From IMG/VR virus record IMGVR_UViG_2916515220_000003: a stretch of DNA of 64,000 nucleotides. The stretch is one strand, 5' to 3'. Below the pieces are notes generated by a model that ran no database searches, was not told where the DNA came from, and was given only the letters and a program-made list of their open reading frames with translations. Each line of letters opens with the position of its first letter. Positions within the stretch are counted from its first letter, which is position 1. The stretch comes from a virus (Duplodnaviria > Caudoviricetes). Made by a program: the position numbers and the translations under genes. Below, in pieces: positions 31,470 to 41,219 of the stretch.

Positions 31470-31870
31470 TGTCTGAATTCGAGATCAACGACGTGAAATA
31501 TCGGGCTGAGCAGCTCGACGCGATGCAGCAGTTTCACGTCGCTCGTCGCATTGCTCCTGTGATCGCCGTTGTGCCCAATGTGCTGAAAAGCATCAAGGGT
31601 GACATCGGCGCCTTGCAGCCGTTGCTGGAGATCGTCGGCAAGATGCCAGACGATGATGTGAATTACATCATCTCGGAATGCATGAGCGTCGTCTATCGCC
31701 TCGATGGCCCCGGTTATGTTCGAGTGTGGACGCGCGGCACCAACAAGCCGATGTTTGCCGACATGGACATGACCGTTCTGCTTCGCATCGTCTTTCAGGT
31801 GGTGTCGGACAATCTTCTCCCTTTTATGAGCGCCGGCCAGCAAGCATCCCCCGATCAGAAGCCGGCGTAA
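31469..31870 (+). CDS. tail assembly chaperone (gpG-like)
   Basis: LDAMQQFHVARRIAP; between tube and tape measure. Confidence 0.8.
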   Translation: MSEFEINDVKYRAEQLDAMQQFHVARRIAPVIAVVPNVLKSIKGDIGALQPLLEIVGKMPDDDVNYIISECMSVVYRLDGPGYVRVWTRGTNKPMFADMDMTVLLRIVFQVVSDNLLPFMSAGQQASPDQKPA

Positions 31871-32058
31871 AGTTTGATCCGGTCAGCCTGCCGGATGGCA
31901 TGGACTGGATGATGCGTCCCGTGATGCGGGGGCTTTGCCGATACGAGAGCCTGAAAGACGGCTCCGTCGACCTGTGCGACATCGCGCAGATGAATGAAGC
32001 AATAGACGCGCTGGACGAAAACACGCAGCGTGCGCAAAAGGCGGCGAGGGAAAACTGA
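31819..32058 (+). CDS. gpT-like chaperone extension reached by -1 frameshift
   Basis: C CCT TTT heptamer at 31819-31825 in correct phase; -1 frame reads to RPVMRGLCRYESLKDGSVDLCDIAQMNEA. Confidence 0.7.
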   Translation, partial: PFYERRPASIPRSEAGVKFDPVSLPDGMDWMMRPVMRGLCRYESLKDGSVDLCDIAQMNEAIDALDENTQRAQKAAREN

Positions 32059-33925
32059 TGGCCGATACCATCCGCGAGTTCCTCGTCTCCATCGGCTACG
32101 GGGTAGACCAGCAGTCCGAGAGAAAATTCAAGGATAGCGTCCGGTCTGCCACTCTGCAGGCCGAGCTTATGTCGAAGGCCATCGTTGCGGCGGCAAAGAC
32201 GACCGCTGAGGCGCTTCAACAGGTCGCGAAGAACTTCGATAGCCTGTACTGGACATCGCAGCGTACGGGCGCCTCTGTCCAGAATATCCGCGCTCTGTCT
32301 TATGCGGTCTCGCAGCTTGGCGGATCGTATCAGGGCGCCATTCAGTCGATCGAGGCGTTCGGCCAGAGGCTGCGAACCAATCCGGGCTATGAAAGCCTGG
32401 TCAAGTCGCTCGGCGTGCAGACGCGAGCTCGTAACGGTCAGCTTCGCGACCAGATCGACGTCATGGAAGACTTGGGCAAGCGGCTCAAGTCGATGCCTTA
32501 TTATCAGGCGAACCAGTATGCCTCGGCGCTGGGGATTGATGAAACCATGCTCCGCGCGCTGCAAAGCGGCGAGTTGCAGAGGTTCATCAAGGAACAGAAG
32601 GAACGCGATCGAGCTTTCGGGCTCAATGGCGACAAGGCCTCCAAGGCATCTCGAGACTTCATGCGTGGCGTCAACGCCATGGCAGCGAGCATCGAGACGC
32701 TTTTCGGTAAAGTCCTTTCGGACAACATGCCGAAAATCACCGAGTACATGGAGAAGATCCAGAAATGGATGGTCGACAACGGCCCCGCCATCTCCAAGGC
32801 TTTCGGTGACGCTGCTGAGGTGATCGCCACGCTGGCAACCAATCTCGGTGAGGTTCTGGACAAGCTTGAGCCTGTCTGGACCGGCTTCACCAACATTGCC
32901 GAATCCATTACCGGCGATAAGGGGCTTGTGGCCGCGATTGAGGTTCTTGTCGGCGCCGCAGTGCTTGGCAAGCTGATCTCCATGCTCGGGCTGCTCGTCG
33001 GCGGCACGGGTGGCGGCTTGATGGGCAAGTTCCTTGGAATGCTGGGCATCTATGGTGCAGCGGCGGCAGGCGCTAACTCGATCGTCAACCCGGGAGATGG
33101 GCTCACGAATGCGCCTCGCCTCGGGCGTTGGGGCGTCGATGACGCGCTTCGCTGGGGATACGGCAAGGTCAAAGGGATGTTCGGCGGTGGAGGTGCCGGG
33201 GCTCTGGAAGCCCTCAGCGTGGCCCAGCCGTCAACACTCGGCAGCAGTCCGAGAACGCACTGCGATCCTACCGGTTCTGGCGTAGCAAGGGTCTGTCGCG
33301 CGAAGCGGCGCTTGCAATGGTCGGGAACGAGCAAGGCGAATCCAACTTCAACCCGAATGCGGTTGGCGACGGTGGCCTGGCGGGCGGACCATTCCAGCAC
33401 CATAGGGACCGCAGGAACGCGATCCTTGCGGCAACCGGCATCGACATGTGGGACAACAACACGTCCCATGAGAAAAAGCTGGAGGGTGCCTATTGGGAAC
33501 TCACGCAGTCCAACGATACCGGCGCACGGCGGGCGTGGCGGAAGATGATGGATGCGAATAGCGTTGACGAAGCTGTTGCAGCTGCCGTCTATGACTTCGA
33601 GCGACCCGCGAACAAGGCCAGAGACACGGCTATCCGCACGGATAACGCCTATCGCTGGGCAAGGACGTTGCAAGACGCTCCGCAGGGCACTGGCGGCGAT
33701 CCTGAGAAGTTCAGGCGTGCTCATCCTGCCTTTGGCGGGAATGCGGTTCCACCGCTCATGCAGCCGGCGGGGATCAATTCTGGAACGTCTGCAACGATGA
33801 ACCAGAACACGAACATCACCGTGATTGGGAGTTCCAACCCGACAGACACGGCCAACGCGGTGGCAGGCAAGCAGGAATCGGTCAATGGCCGTCTCCTGCG
33901 CAACACTCAAGGGGCAATTCGCTGA
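32058..33925 (+). CDS. tape measure protein with C-terminal phage tail lysozyme domain (apparent frameshift near G-run 33198-33201)
   Basis: TIREFLVSIGY N-terminus; AALAMVGNEQGESNFNPNAVGDGG..FQ, YDFERP in second frame. Confidence 0.85.
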
Positions 33926-34449
33926 TGTCTTTGCTTGACGACGCCTTTGCTCTGATCTTCTCCCCCACGCGCCTCATCGGGTTCATCATCCCCGATGTGG
34001 TCGTGGAAGAGGTGCACCGCGACCAGCTGGTGATTACCGATCATCCGGTGGAGCAGGGAGCGGCAATCTCGGATCATGCATTCAAGATGCCTTCCGAGAT
34101 CGAGATGCGCTGTGGGTGGTCGAACTCGACGGCCGGAACGACGGGATATGTGCAGGCGGTCTATCAGGAGCTTTTGGCGCTCCAGCAGATGCGCCTGCCG
34201 TTTTCGGTCTTCACCGGCAAGCGCTCATATTCGAACATGCTGATCCGATCGCTTGAAGTGGTGACGGATGAACATTCGGAAAATGCGCTGCTGGTGACGG
34301 TCGGGCTTCGCGAGATCATCATCGTCAGCACGACAACGACCTCAGCGCCGAAAAGCCAGCAGAGCCAAGCGGCGCGTACAACGTCGATCGGCAATGGCGG
34401 AGCGAAGCAGTACCAGACGACCGGGTTCACCTACGCGCGCGACGGCTGA
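33925..34449 (+). CDS. tail tube initiator / Dit-like baseplate protein
   Basis: ITDHPVEQGAAISDHA, TGKRSYSNMLI. Confidence 0.8.
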   Translation: MSLLDDAFALIFSPTRLIGFIIPDVVVEEVHRDQLVITDHPVEQGAAISDHAFKMPSEIEMRCGWSNSTAGTTGYVQAVYQELLALQQMRLPFSVFTGKRSYSNMLIRSLEVVTDEHSENALLVTVGLREIIIVSTTTTSAPKSQQSQAARTTSIGNGGAKQYQTTGFTYARDG

Positions 34450-34453
34450 GAGA

Positions 34454-34915
34454 TCAGTAATCCGCAGGTGCGGTCCTCGGGCAGAGAGCTTTGTAGATCA
34501 TCATCGCGACGGGGTAGCCGGAGGCGGATGATCCATCCAAGTCCTGCTTCGTCGCAAGGTCGATGATACGGTACTTCGACATGCTCGGGCTTCTGGACTT
34601 GCCGGCAAAGCGAAGGCGCTCACCGGTGAAGGTTTCAAACTCGCCGGTCTTGCAATTTGCAGAGACGGAATCATTCAGGGGAACGGACAGTTCTTCCTTG
34701 ACGCAGTCCTCGGTGACCTTCTGGACGTAGTCTCGGCAAAAGCTGATCGCGTTCTCGCGGGTGTGTTTAGTGACTATCCTGGCTTTGGTGGTGTCGAGAC
34801 CACTCATGCGCACGACGGTCACCTCCATGCCGGCGCGCGATCCATATGGGACGGTTCCGGCCGCAAGGGCAGGGGTTGAAACAGCAAGCACGATCAGGGC
34901 GAGAGTTTTTCTCAT
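34454..34915 (-). CDS. secreted moron protein (antisense, in tail module)
   Basis: Signal peptide MRKTLALIVLAVSTPALAA; four Cys; GGAG RBS. Confidence 0.75.
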   Translation of the reverse strand: MRKTLALIVLAVSTPALAAGTVPYGSRAGMEVTVVRMSGLDTTKARIVTKHTRENAISFCRDYVQKVTEDCVKEELSVPLNDSVSANCKTGEFETFTGERLRFAGKSRSPSMSKYRIIDLATKQDLDGSSASGYPVAMMIYKALCPRTAPADY

Positions 34916-34981
34916 TCAGTTCTCCAGGTTGTTTATCTGGATGATGATGGGCAATTGTTTTGAAATGTCGAGAGGCTCACC

Positions 34982-35293
34982 GTGGCAACATACTACGAAA
35001 TCCCTCTCAGCGGCTCACCAGAGACGTTTTCGATCATTTTGAAGGAAACCACGTACCAACTGACGACGCGCTATGTGGCGGCAGATATGGGCGGCTGGCT
35101 GCTGGATATTGCTGATGCTGACGGCAACCCGCTGGCAAACGGTCTCCCGATGGTCACCGGCGCTGATCTCTTGGCGCAGTACGCATATCTCGGGATCGGT
35201 GTTGCGCTCTACGTGGCGACCGACGGCGATCCTGATGCCGTTCCGACGTTCGATAATCTCGGCACCACGTCGCATCTCTATACCAAGGTTTGA
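34982..35293 (+). CDS. baseplate plug protein
   Basis: EIPL, GWLLDI.D..G.PL..GLPMVTGADLLAQY. Confidence 0.75.
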   Translation: MATYYEIPLSGSPETFSIILKETTYQLTTRYVAADMGGWLLDIADADGNPLANGLPMVTGADLLAQYAYLGIGVALYVATDGDPDAVPTFDNLGTTSHLYTKV

Positions 35294-35296
35294 TCA

Positions 35297-36226
35297 ATGG
35301 CTCAGCAATGGCTCCGGTACTGCAAGCTCACTGTGGCTGGCGGCGGTGACAGCGTTGACCTGTCGCAGCTTCGCATCCGGTTTCAGGTTACGCAGCACAA
35401 TCTGCAGTCTCCGAATGCAGCGGACATCACGATCACCAACCTGTCGGATCAGACGGTAAAGCGTATCAAGGGTGAGGGCACGGAAGTCACGCTTGAGGCC
35501 GGCTACGAGGAAAACCCCGGCCTGATTTTCAAAGGCCAGATCATCCAGAAGCGCTCCGGCCGTGAAAACCCGGTCGACACTTATCTTAACATCATCGCAC
35601 AGGGCGGTGATCAAGCTTACAATTTCGCGACGGTTAGCAAGACGCTGGCCGCCGGCCATAGCTATCGTGATCAGGTTTTGGCGGTTTACGAGGCTCTCAA
35701 GCCGTTTGGCATCACCTTGGGAAAGATTGCCGATCTGGGTGACAAGAAGATGCCTCGGGCGCGCGTCATGTTCGGCATGGCTCGGGACATCCTTCGCACC
35801 ATCGCGATTTCGACCGGAACGAGCTGGTCGATCCAGAACAACGAACTGACCGTCACGAAGAACAACGAGCCGAAAGAGGGCGGCGCAATCGTCCTCAACT
35901 CGCGCACCGGCTTGATTGGACTTCCCGTCCAATCGATCGACGGCATTCTGGTGACGTGCCTGCTCAACCCGCAGATCGGCCCGGGCAGCCTTATCCAGAT
36001 CGATCAGGCATCGGTTCAGGAAGCAAAACTGAGCGCTGATTACACCGCGGTCGTCAACAACGCCATGATCCCGTCAACCGCCGACGACGGCTTTTACAAG
36101 TGCCTTGTGGTCAACCACAGCGGGGATACCCGCGGTGATCCTTGGTACACTCAAATCCTTTGCCTTCGCGCTGATGGCAAGGGACCAATACCTCTTTCCA
36201 TCGCTTCTCAAGGGATCGCTCTCTAA
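35297..36226 (+). CDS. baseplate hub protein
   Basis: PNAADITITNLS, LEAGY, TGLIGLP, CLLNP, GDTRGDPWY. Confidence 0.85.
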   Translation: MAQQWLRYCKLTVAGGGDSVDLSQLRIRFQVTQHNLQSPNAADITITNLSDQTVKRIKGEGTEVTLEAGYEENPGLIFKGQIIQKRSGRENPVDTYLNIIAQGGDQAYNFATVSKTLAAGHSYRDQVLAVYEALKPFGITLGKIADLGDKKMPRARVMFGMARDILRTIAISTGTSWSIQNNELTVTKNNEPKEGGAIVLNSRTGLIGLPVQSIDGILVTCLLNPQIGPGSLIQIDQASVQEAKLSADYTAVVNNAMIPSTADDGFYKCLVVNHSGDTRGDPWYTQILCLRADGKGPIPLSIASQGIAL

Positions 36227-36888
36227 TGGATATCAGGGAACGCACTGGCGATCTGGAAGAGGCCTTCCGGGCGATGCTCGACGGCTTCAAGGCTTCGCTG
36301 TGGACGGCTGTTCCGGCCATCGTCCAATCTGTGGACTTCGCCAAACAGACGGCAACGCTTCAGCCGGCGATCAAAAGCCAGCAGAAGATGCCAGACGGAT
36401 CGGTGAAGGCAGTTGATCTTCCGCTATTGACGGACGTGCCGATGCACTTTCCGACAGGCGGCGGGGCATCCATGACTTTCCCGGTAAAAGCTGGCGATGA
36501 GGCGCTTGTCGTCTTTTCTTCGCGGCCGAGCGATGCATGGCAGCAGAGCGGGGGCGTGCAAAGCCAGATCGACGCGCGCACGCATGACCTGTCTGATGGC
36601 TTTGCGATGGTCGGGTTCCGGTCGAACGGAAAGGCTTTGACCAACGTCAGCACAGATTCCGTTCAACTCCGGTCTGATAGCGGGAACACCACAGTTTCGC
36701 TGAAGGAGGACGATGTGAAGGTTCAGACCAGTGGATCAAGTGGCACCTTCACGCCGTCTCAAGTCAACATGACGGTAGGGGGAATGCTGGTGAACATCAC
36801 CTCATCCAGAGTGGATCTCGGCGGCTTGGGTGGATCACGAGTCTCCACAGAAGCTGGACCGTCCAACAAGGTTTATGCGGTGCTTTGA
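36226..36888 (+). CDS. baseplate spike (Gp138/gp45-like)
   Basis: LPLLTDVP..FP.GG..TFPVKAGDE, RTHDLSDGFA. Confidence 0.85.
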   Translation: MDIRERTGDLEEAFRAMLDGFKASLWTAVPAIVQSVDFAKQTATLQPAIKSQQKMPDGSVKAVDLPLLTDVPMHFPTGGGASMTFPVKAGDEALVVFSSRPSDAWQQSGGVQSQIDARTHDLSDGFAMVGFRSNGKALTNVSTDSVQLRSDSGNTTVSLKEDDVKVQTSGSSGTFTPSQVNMTVGGMLVNITSSRVDLGGLGGSRVSTEAGPSNKVYAVL

Positions 36889-37241
36889 TGCGTGTGAGAA
36901 AGCTTGACGCCAATGGCGATTATTCTTTCGGAAACCAGCAGCAGGATTTCTGGAAAGACGTTCCTGACGGCCCGGCGCAGTGCGTGCTGACACGGCTATA
37001 TCTGGAGCAGGGTCAGTGGTTCCTCGACACATCCGAGGGCATCCCGTGGAAGACGCGGGTTCTCGGCAAATACACCGGCGAGACGCGCGATGCGATCATT
37101 CGGTCGCGCATCCTTGGAACGCAGGGTGTAACCCAGATCGACGCCTATTCCAGTGACCTGAACCGGGAAACCCGAGAGTTCAACGTCTCGGCCACGATAT
37201 CGACCGAGTACGGCAAGACGACAGTGACAGGGACGCTTTGA
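36888..37241 (+). CDS. baseplate wedge (gp25/gp46-like)
   Basis: RKLDANGDYSFG, GQWFLDTSEGIPW. Confidence 0.8.
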   Translation: MRVRKLDANGDYSFGNQQQDFWKDVPDGPAQCVLTRLYLEQGQWFLDTSEGIPWKTRVLGKYTGETRDAIIRSRILGTQGVTQIDAYSSDLNRETREFNVSATISTEYGKTTVTGTL

Positions 37242-38416
37242 TGGCTATGACACCAGTCTGCGTGATTGATCAGAACGGCATCAGCGTTCCGGCTTATACG
37301 GACGTGATGACCTATCTCAAGAGCGCGTATCAGGGCATCTATGGCTCTGACGTCTATCTGGAGCCGGATTCCCTCGATGGTCAATTCATCGCGCTTCTGG
37401 CACTGGCAATCACCGACGCCAATAACATGGCTGCTTCGGTCTATAACGCCTTCTCGCCCTCGACGGCGCAGGGCGTTGGCCTGTCCAGCGTCGTGAAGAT
37501 CAACGGGATCGCGCGCAACATCGCGTCCAACTCTACGGTTGATGTGGCGCTGATCGGTGTTGCCGGCACAACAGTCACCAATGGAATCGTGTCGGACGAT
37601 GCGGGCAACAACTGGAGCCTCCCAGCTAGCGTCGTTATCCCGCCGTCCGGCACGATCACGGTTACGGCAGTCTGCCAGACCATCGGCGCCGTCACCGCAG
37701 CTATCGGCGCTGTATCGACCATCGCCACACCGACGCGCGGCTGGCAGAGCGTCTCAAATGCCGCAATCGCCAATCCGGGCAATCCGGTCGAGACGGACGC
37801 CAACCTTCGCAATCGGCAGGCCACGTCCACTGCTTTGCCCTCCCTGACCATTCTGGAGGGGATTGTCGGCGCAGTGGCGGCTATCACTGGCGTAACCCGG
37901 TATCGCGCCTACGAGAACGATACGGACGTCACGGACAGCAACGGCATTCCGAGCCATTCGATTGCGCTGATCGTGGAAGGCGGTGATGCCCAGACCATCG
38001 GCCAGACGATTGCTGACAAGAAAACGCCAGGGTCTGGAACGTTCGGAACGACGACGGTCACAATTGTCGATGACATTGGCGTTTCGCACGCCGTCAAGTT
38101 TTCACGCCCCGTGTCCATCGGCATAAAGGCCGGCATCACCGTCAAGGCGTTCGCGGGGTACACGGTTGCGATTGAGAACGCGCTGAAACAGGCAGTGGCC
38201 GATTACATCAATGCCCTGCCGATCGGTCAGAGCGTGTTCTACACGCGCCTCTACGTCCCCGCGAACCTTGGTAACAACAGTTCGGGCGCGACATATGAGG
38301 TAACGAATTTGCAGATCGCAAAACTCGCTGACTCATTGGCCGCTGCGGACATCGCCATTGCCTTCAATGAAGCCGCGGCCTGCGGTGTCGCCAATATCGT
38401 CGTCACGGTGACATGA
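37241..38416 (+). CDS. baseplate J-like protein
   Basis: FSPSTAQGVGLS..VKING, ETDANLR.RQ, PSHSIALIVEGG. Confidence 0.9.
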   Translation: MAMTPVCVIDQNGISVPAYTDVMTYLKSAYQGIYGSDVYLEPDSLDGQFIALLALAITDANNMAASVYNAFSPSTAQGVGLSSVVKINGIARNIASNSTVDVALIGVAGTTVTNGIVSDDAGNNWSLPASVVIPPSGTITVTAVCQTIGAVTAAIGAVSTIATPTRGWQSVSNAAIANPGNPVETDANLRNRQATSTALPSLTILEGIVGAVAAITGVTRYRAYENDTDVTDSNGIPSHSIALIVEGGDAQTIGQTIADKKTPGSGTFGTTTVTIVDDIGVSHAVKFSRPVSIGIKAGITVKAFAGYTVAIENALKQAVADYINALPIGQSVFYTRLYVPANLGNNSSGATYEVTNLQIAKLADSLAAADIAIAFNEAAACGVANIVVTVT

Positions 38417-39096
38417 TGGCCACAACTGACGACTATCTCGATCTCATCACGCCGTATTATCGCGGGAAGCCGGTCTTCACATCGACGCTGACGGCGGTTC
38501 TTGATCCCTTTGCAAACCTTCAGCTCATGCTCGGCCAGATGCCGCAGGACTTTGATCTTGATGTGGCTGTTGGCGTGCAACTCGACGCCGTCGGCCAGTG
38601 GGTCGGGCGATCCCGCTTCATACCGACGCCGATCCCGAACATCTGGTTTAGCTTTGACGATGCGCTCCGGGGCTTTGATCTTGGCGTCTGGAAAGGGCCG
38701 TATGACAGTGACAGCGGTGTCACGCGTCTCGATGATGAAACGTACCGGATATTCCTTCAGGCAAAGATTGCGGCGAACCAGTGGGATGGACGGGTTGAAA
38801 CGGCGCAGGCCGCATTCAACCTAGTTTTCTCGCAGTCGCCGGGAACGCACATTTTTGTCATCGACAATTTCGATATGACGATGACGGTAGGAATTTCCGG
38901 CACAATTCCGTCGCTGCTCTTTATCGCGCTGTTGAACCAAGGGTTTCTACCGATCAAGCCGGAAGGCGTTCGAGTCAACTACGCCATCACGACTGTGACC
39001 AGCGCGCCGGTGTTTGGCTTCGACGTGAGCAACCAGTACATCGGCGGATTTGACGCCGGTTCATGGGGCGTCGGTCCCTCCTACTTCACATCCTAA
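38416..39096 (+). CDS. baseplate protein (DUF2612)
   Basis: FDLDVAVGVQLDAVGQWVGRSR, LDDETYR..AKIAANQWDG. Confidence 0.85.
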   Translation: MATTDDYLDLITPYYRGKPVFTSTLTAVLDPFANLQLMLGQMPQDFDLDVAVGVQLDAVGQWVGRSRFIPTPIPNIWFSFDDALRGFDLGVWKGPYDSDSGVTRLDDETYRIFLQAKIAANQWDGRVETAQAAFNLVFSQSPGTHIFVIDNFDMTMTVGISGTIPSLLFIALLNQGFLPIKPEGVRVNYAITTVTSAPVFGFDVSNQYIGGFDAGSWGVGPSYFTS

Positions 39097-39109
39097 ATTC
39101 GGGGTTCTC

Positions 39110-40284
39110 ATGGCTACGAACCAGTATCTTCCTTTCGGCACTGCTGGCGGGGCGAACGTCCTTTCGCCAACTGATTACAACAGTCTTGCTGCGCGCCTCA
39201 CGGGGTTCACCGCTGGCACTGCGGCAAGCGTCCAACTCAATACGGTGTGGCGCCAGTCGTCAGTCGTCTCTGCAATGATCGGGGAATTCATTCTCGATTA
39301 CGGCGGGTTCGACGCTTTGGACGATGGCAGTGTTGATAATCTCGAAACGGGTTTCGCTCGGACCCTGCAAAAGCAGCCTTGGCTTTATGCCACGATTGGA
39401 GGAACAGCGACCGCGCTCACAATGGCGCTCACGCCCGCTCCAGCGTCGTGGAACGACCTGATTGGCGTTCCGCTCAGAGGGATCATCTCGGCCACTAATA
39501 CCGGCGCATGCACACTCAACGTCAGCGGTCTCGGTGCTAAGTCCATCAAACTCGACAATGGCACCGATCCGATTGCTGGCGATCTCAAGGCAGGCGCACT
39601 GGCCGTCTTTGTTTATGACGGTACAAACGTTCAGTTGAATTTCGCATCAGCCATGCTGATGGAACGGCTGAATAAAGGCAGCACCATCGTATCCTATGGC
39701 ACGGCTGGTTCCTTCTCATGGACGCCACCTGCAAACGTGCGCTCGGTCTTTGTCCGCGTGTGGGGCGGTGGAGCCGGGGTGGTGGCAATCAGAATACCGG
39801 TGCAGGTGGTGGTGGTGGTGGTGGTGGTTACGCTGAAGGTTATGTGGCGGTAACCCCCGGAACTCCCGTTACCGTTGTCGTTGGCACTGGTGGCGCGGGC
39901 GGCCACAATTCGTCTGCACAAAATGGTGTTGCTGGTGGGAGTTCTTCATTCGGAGCATCCGTATCTGCGACAGGCGGGACGGGGGGCGCGGGGGCAACAA
40001 ACGGGACACAAGGCATCAGTGGACCCGGAGGCAATGGATTTGGTGGGCATAGGCAGGCGACCGGCGGTCAAGGTTCGTCCGGTTCTTGGATCAATAATGC
40101 GAACGCAGGGATCGGCGGTAACGGTGGCGCTGCGGCTGCTGGCGGCGGCCCTGGTGGCGGTATCTCATCCGGTCAGCCCGCAAACGGCCAATCACCCGGC
40201 GGCGGTGGCGGCGGTGGCGCCATGAATTACTCCGGTGGCGCAGGTGCCGCCGGCCTGGTTATCATCGAATATTTTGCGGGATGA
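39110..40284 (+). CDS. tail fibre protein with glycine-rich C-terminal domain (apparent frameshift at G-run 39776-39779)
   Basis: NQYLPFG..ANVL, GFTAG.A.S.QLN.VWRQ; VRVWGGG then Gly-rich ..GAAGLVIIEY. Confidence 0.8.
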
Positions 40285-40288
40285 GATA

Positions 40289-40683
40289 ATGGGCGCTTTT
40301 TTTTCCATATCAACATGTGCTTCGGTCCCAAACGTCAACAGCCCCTCCGGGGGAATGTGTCGATCGACAATCTTGGACCCTATGGGTCCCCGATCTTCGA
40401 GTGGAATTTTCCGGTTACCGTTCCAGTGGGAAAGGTGATGTTTATCACCGACATTGAGTTCGTTTCCAAATGCGTTCGCAGGCCATCCCAGGACGGAACA
40501 TGGCGAAACTCATACTTGGTGCTCGATAGCATCACTACAATGGGGGAAAATCTCCCGGTTCGTCACTATGTGACCCCGATAAGGCTTCCTGCTGGCTTTA
40601 AAGTCACGGGTCATTTTCAAAATAACAGCCCTGAAGATCAGAACATGATTGCCAGAGTTCATGGCTATATGGAGGATATTTGA
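40289..40683 (+). CDS. hypothetical tail-fibre-region protein (T8 run at 40297-40304 may hide a frameshift)
   Basis: ORF 40315-40683; one extra T joins it to ATG 40289. Confidence 0.55.
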
Positions 40684-41213
40684 TGCCCACTTTTGCCCGA
40701 GTAGACAACGAGCGTGTGATAGAGGTCGTGTCACTCGATAAAGGCGTGAAAATTTCCGATGCCGTCCACCCGGACCTATCCGCACAATTCAAAGCCTGTG
40801 CTGATGGTGTGTCGCCCGGATGGATCTATGATGGGAAAACCTTCCGCCAGCCGGTTGCTGAACCCATCACGAAGAGTGAATTGCTAGCCTATGCCGCCAT
40901 GAAAAGGTTTGAAATCGAGACAGGCGGCATCGTTGTTAACGGCTGCCGCGTCGATACCAGCCGTGACAGTCAATCGATGATCGCCAACGCTCATTCATAT
41001 GTCGTCGCGTCGGGGGCCGCTTCCACCAAATTCAAATCCCTGTCTGGATTTGTGACTTTGTCTGCCGCCGAGGTTAAAGAAACGGCGCTTGCGGTAGGAG
41101 CGCACGTGCAGAGTTTGTTCGACGCCGAAGCCACCATCGACGCTTTGATCACCTCGGGTGACATTGCTAGCCTTGCCGATATCGACGCCTATCAGTGGCG
41201 CTCCGGTGATTAA
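40683..41213 (+). CDS. tail fibre assembly protein (DUF4376)
   Basis: YAAMKRFEIETGGI..DTSRDSQ..VGAHVQSLFDAE. Confidence 0.8.
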   Translation: MPTFARVDNERVIEVVSLDKGVKISDAVHPDLSAQFKACADGVSPGWIYDGKTFRQPVAEPITKSELLAYAAMKRFEIETGGIVVNGCRVDTSRDSQSMIANAHSYVVASGAASTKFKSLSGFVTLSAAEVKETALAVGAHVQSLFDAEATIDALITSGDIASLADIDAYQWRSGD

Positions 41214-41219
41214 TGGCGT

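Noticed and set aside
39805-39828. (GGT)n microsatellite as a contingency locus
   Set aside because: In-frame poly-Gly typical of Gly-rich fibre domains
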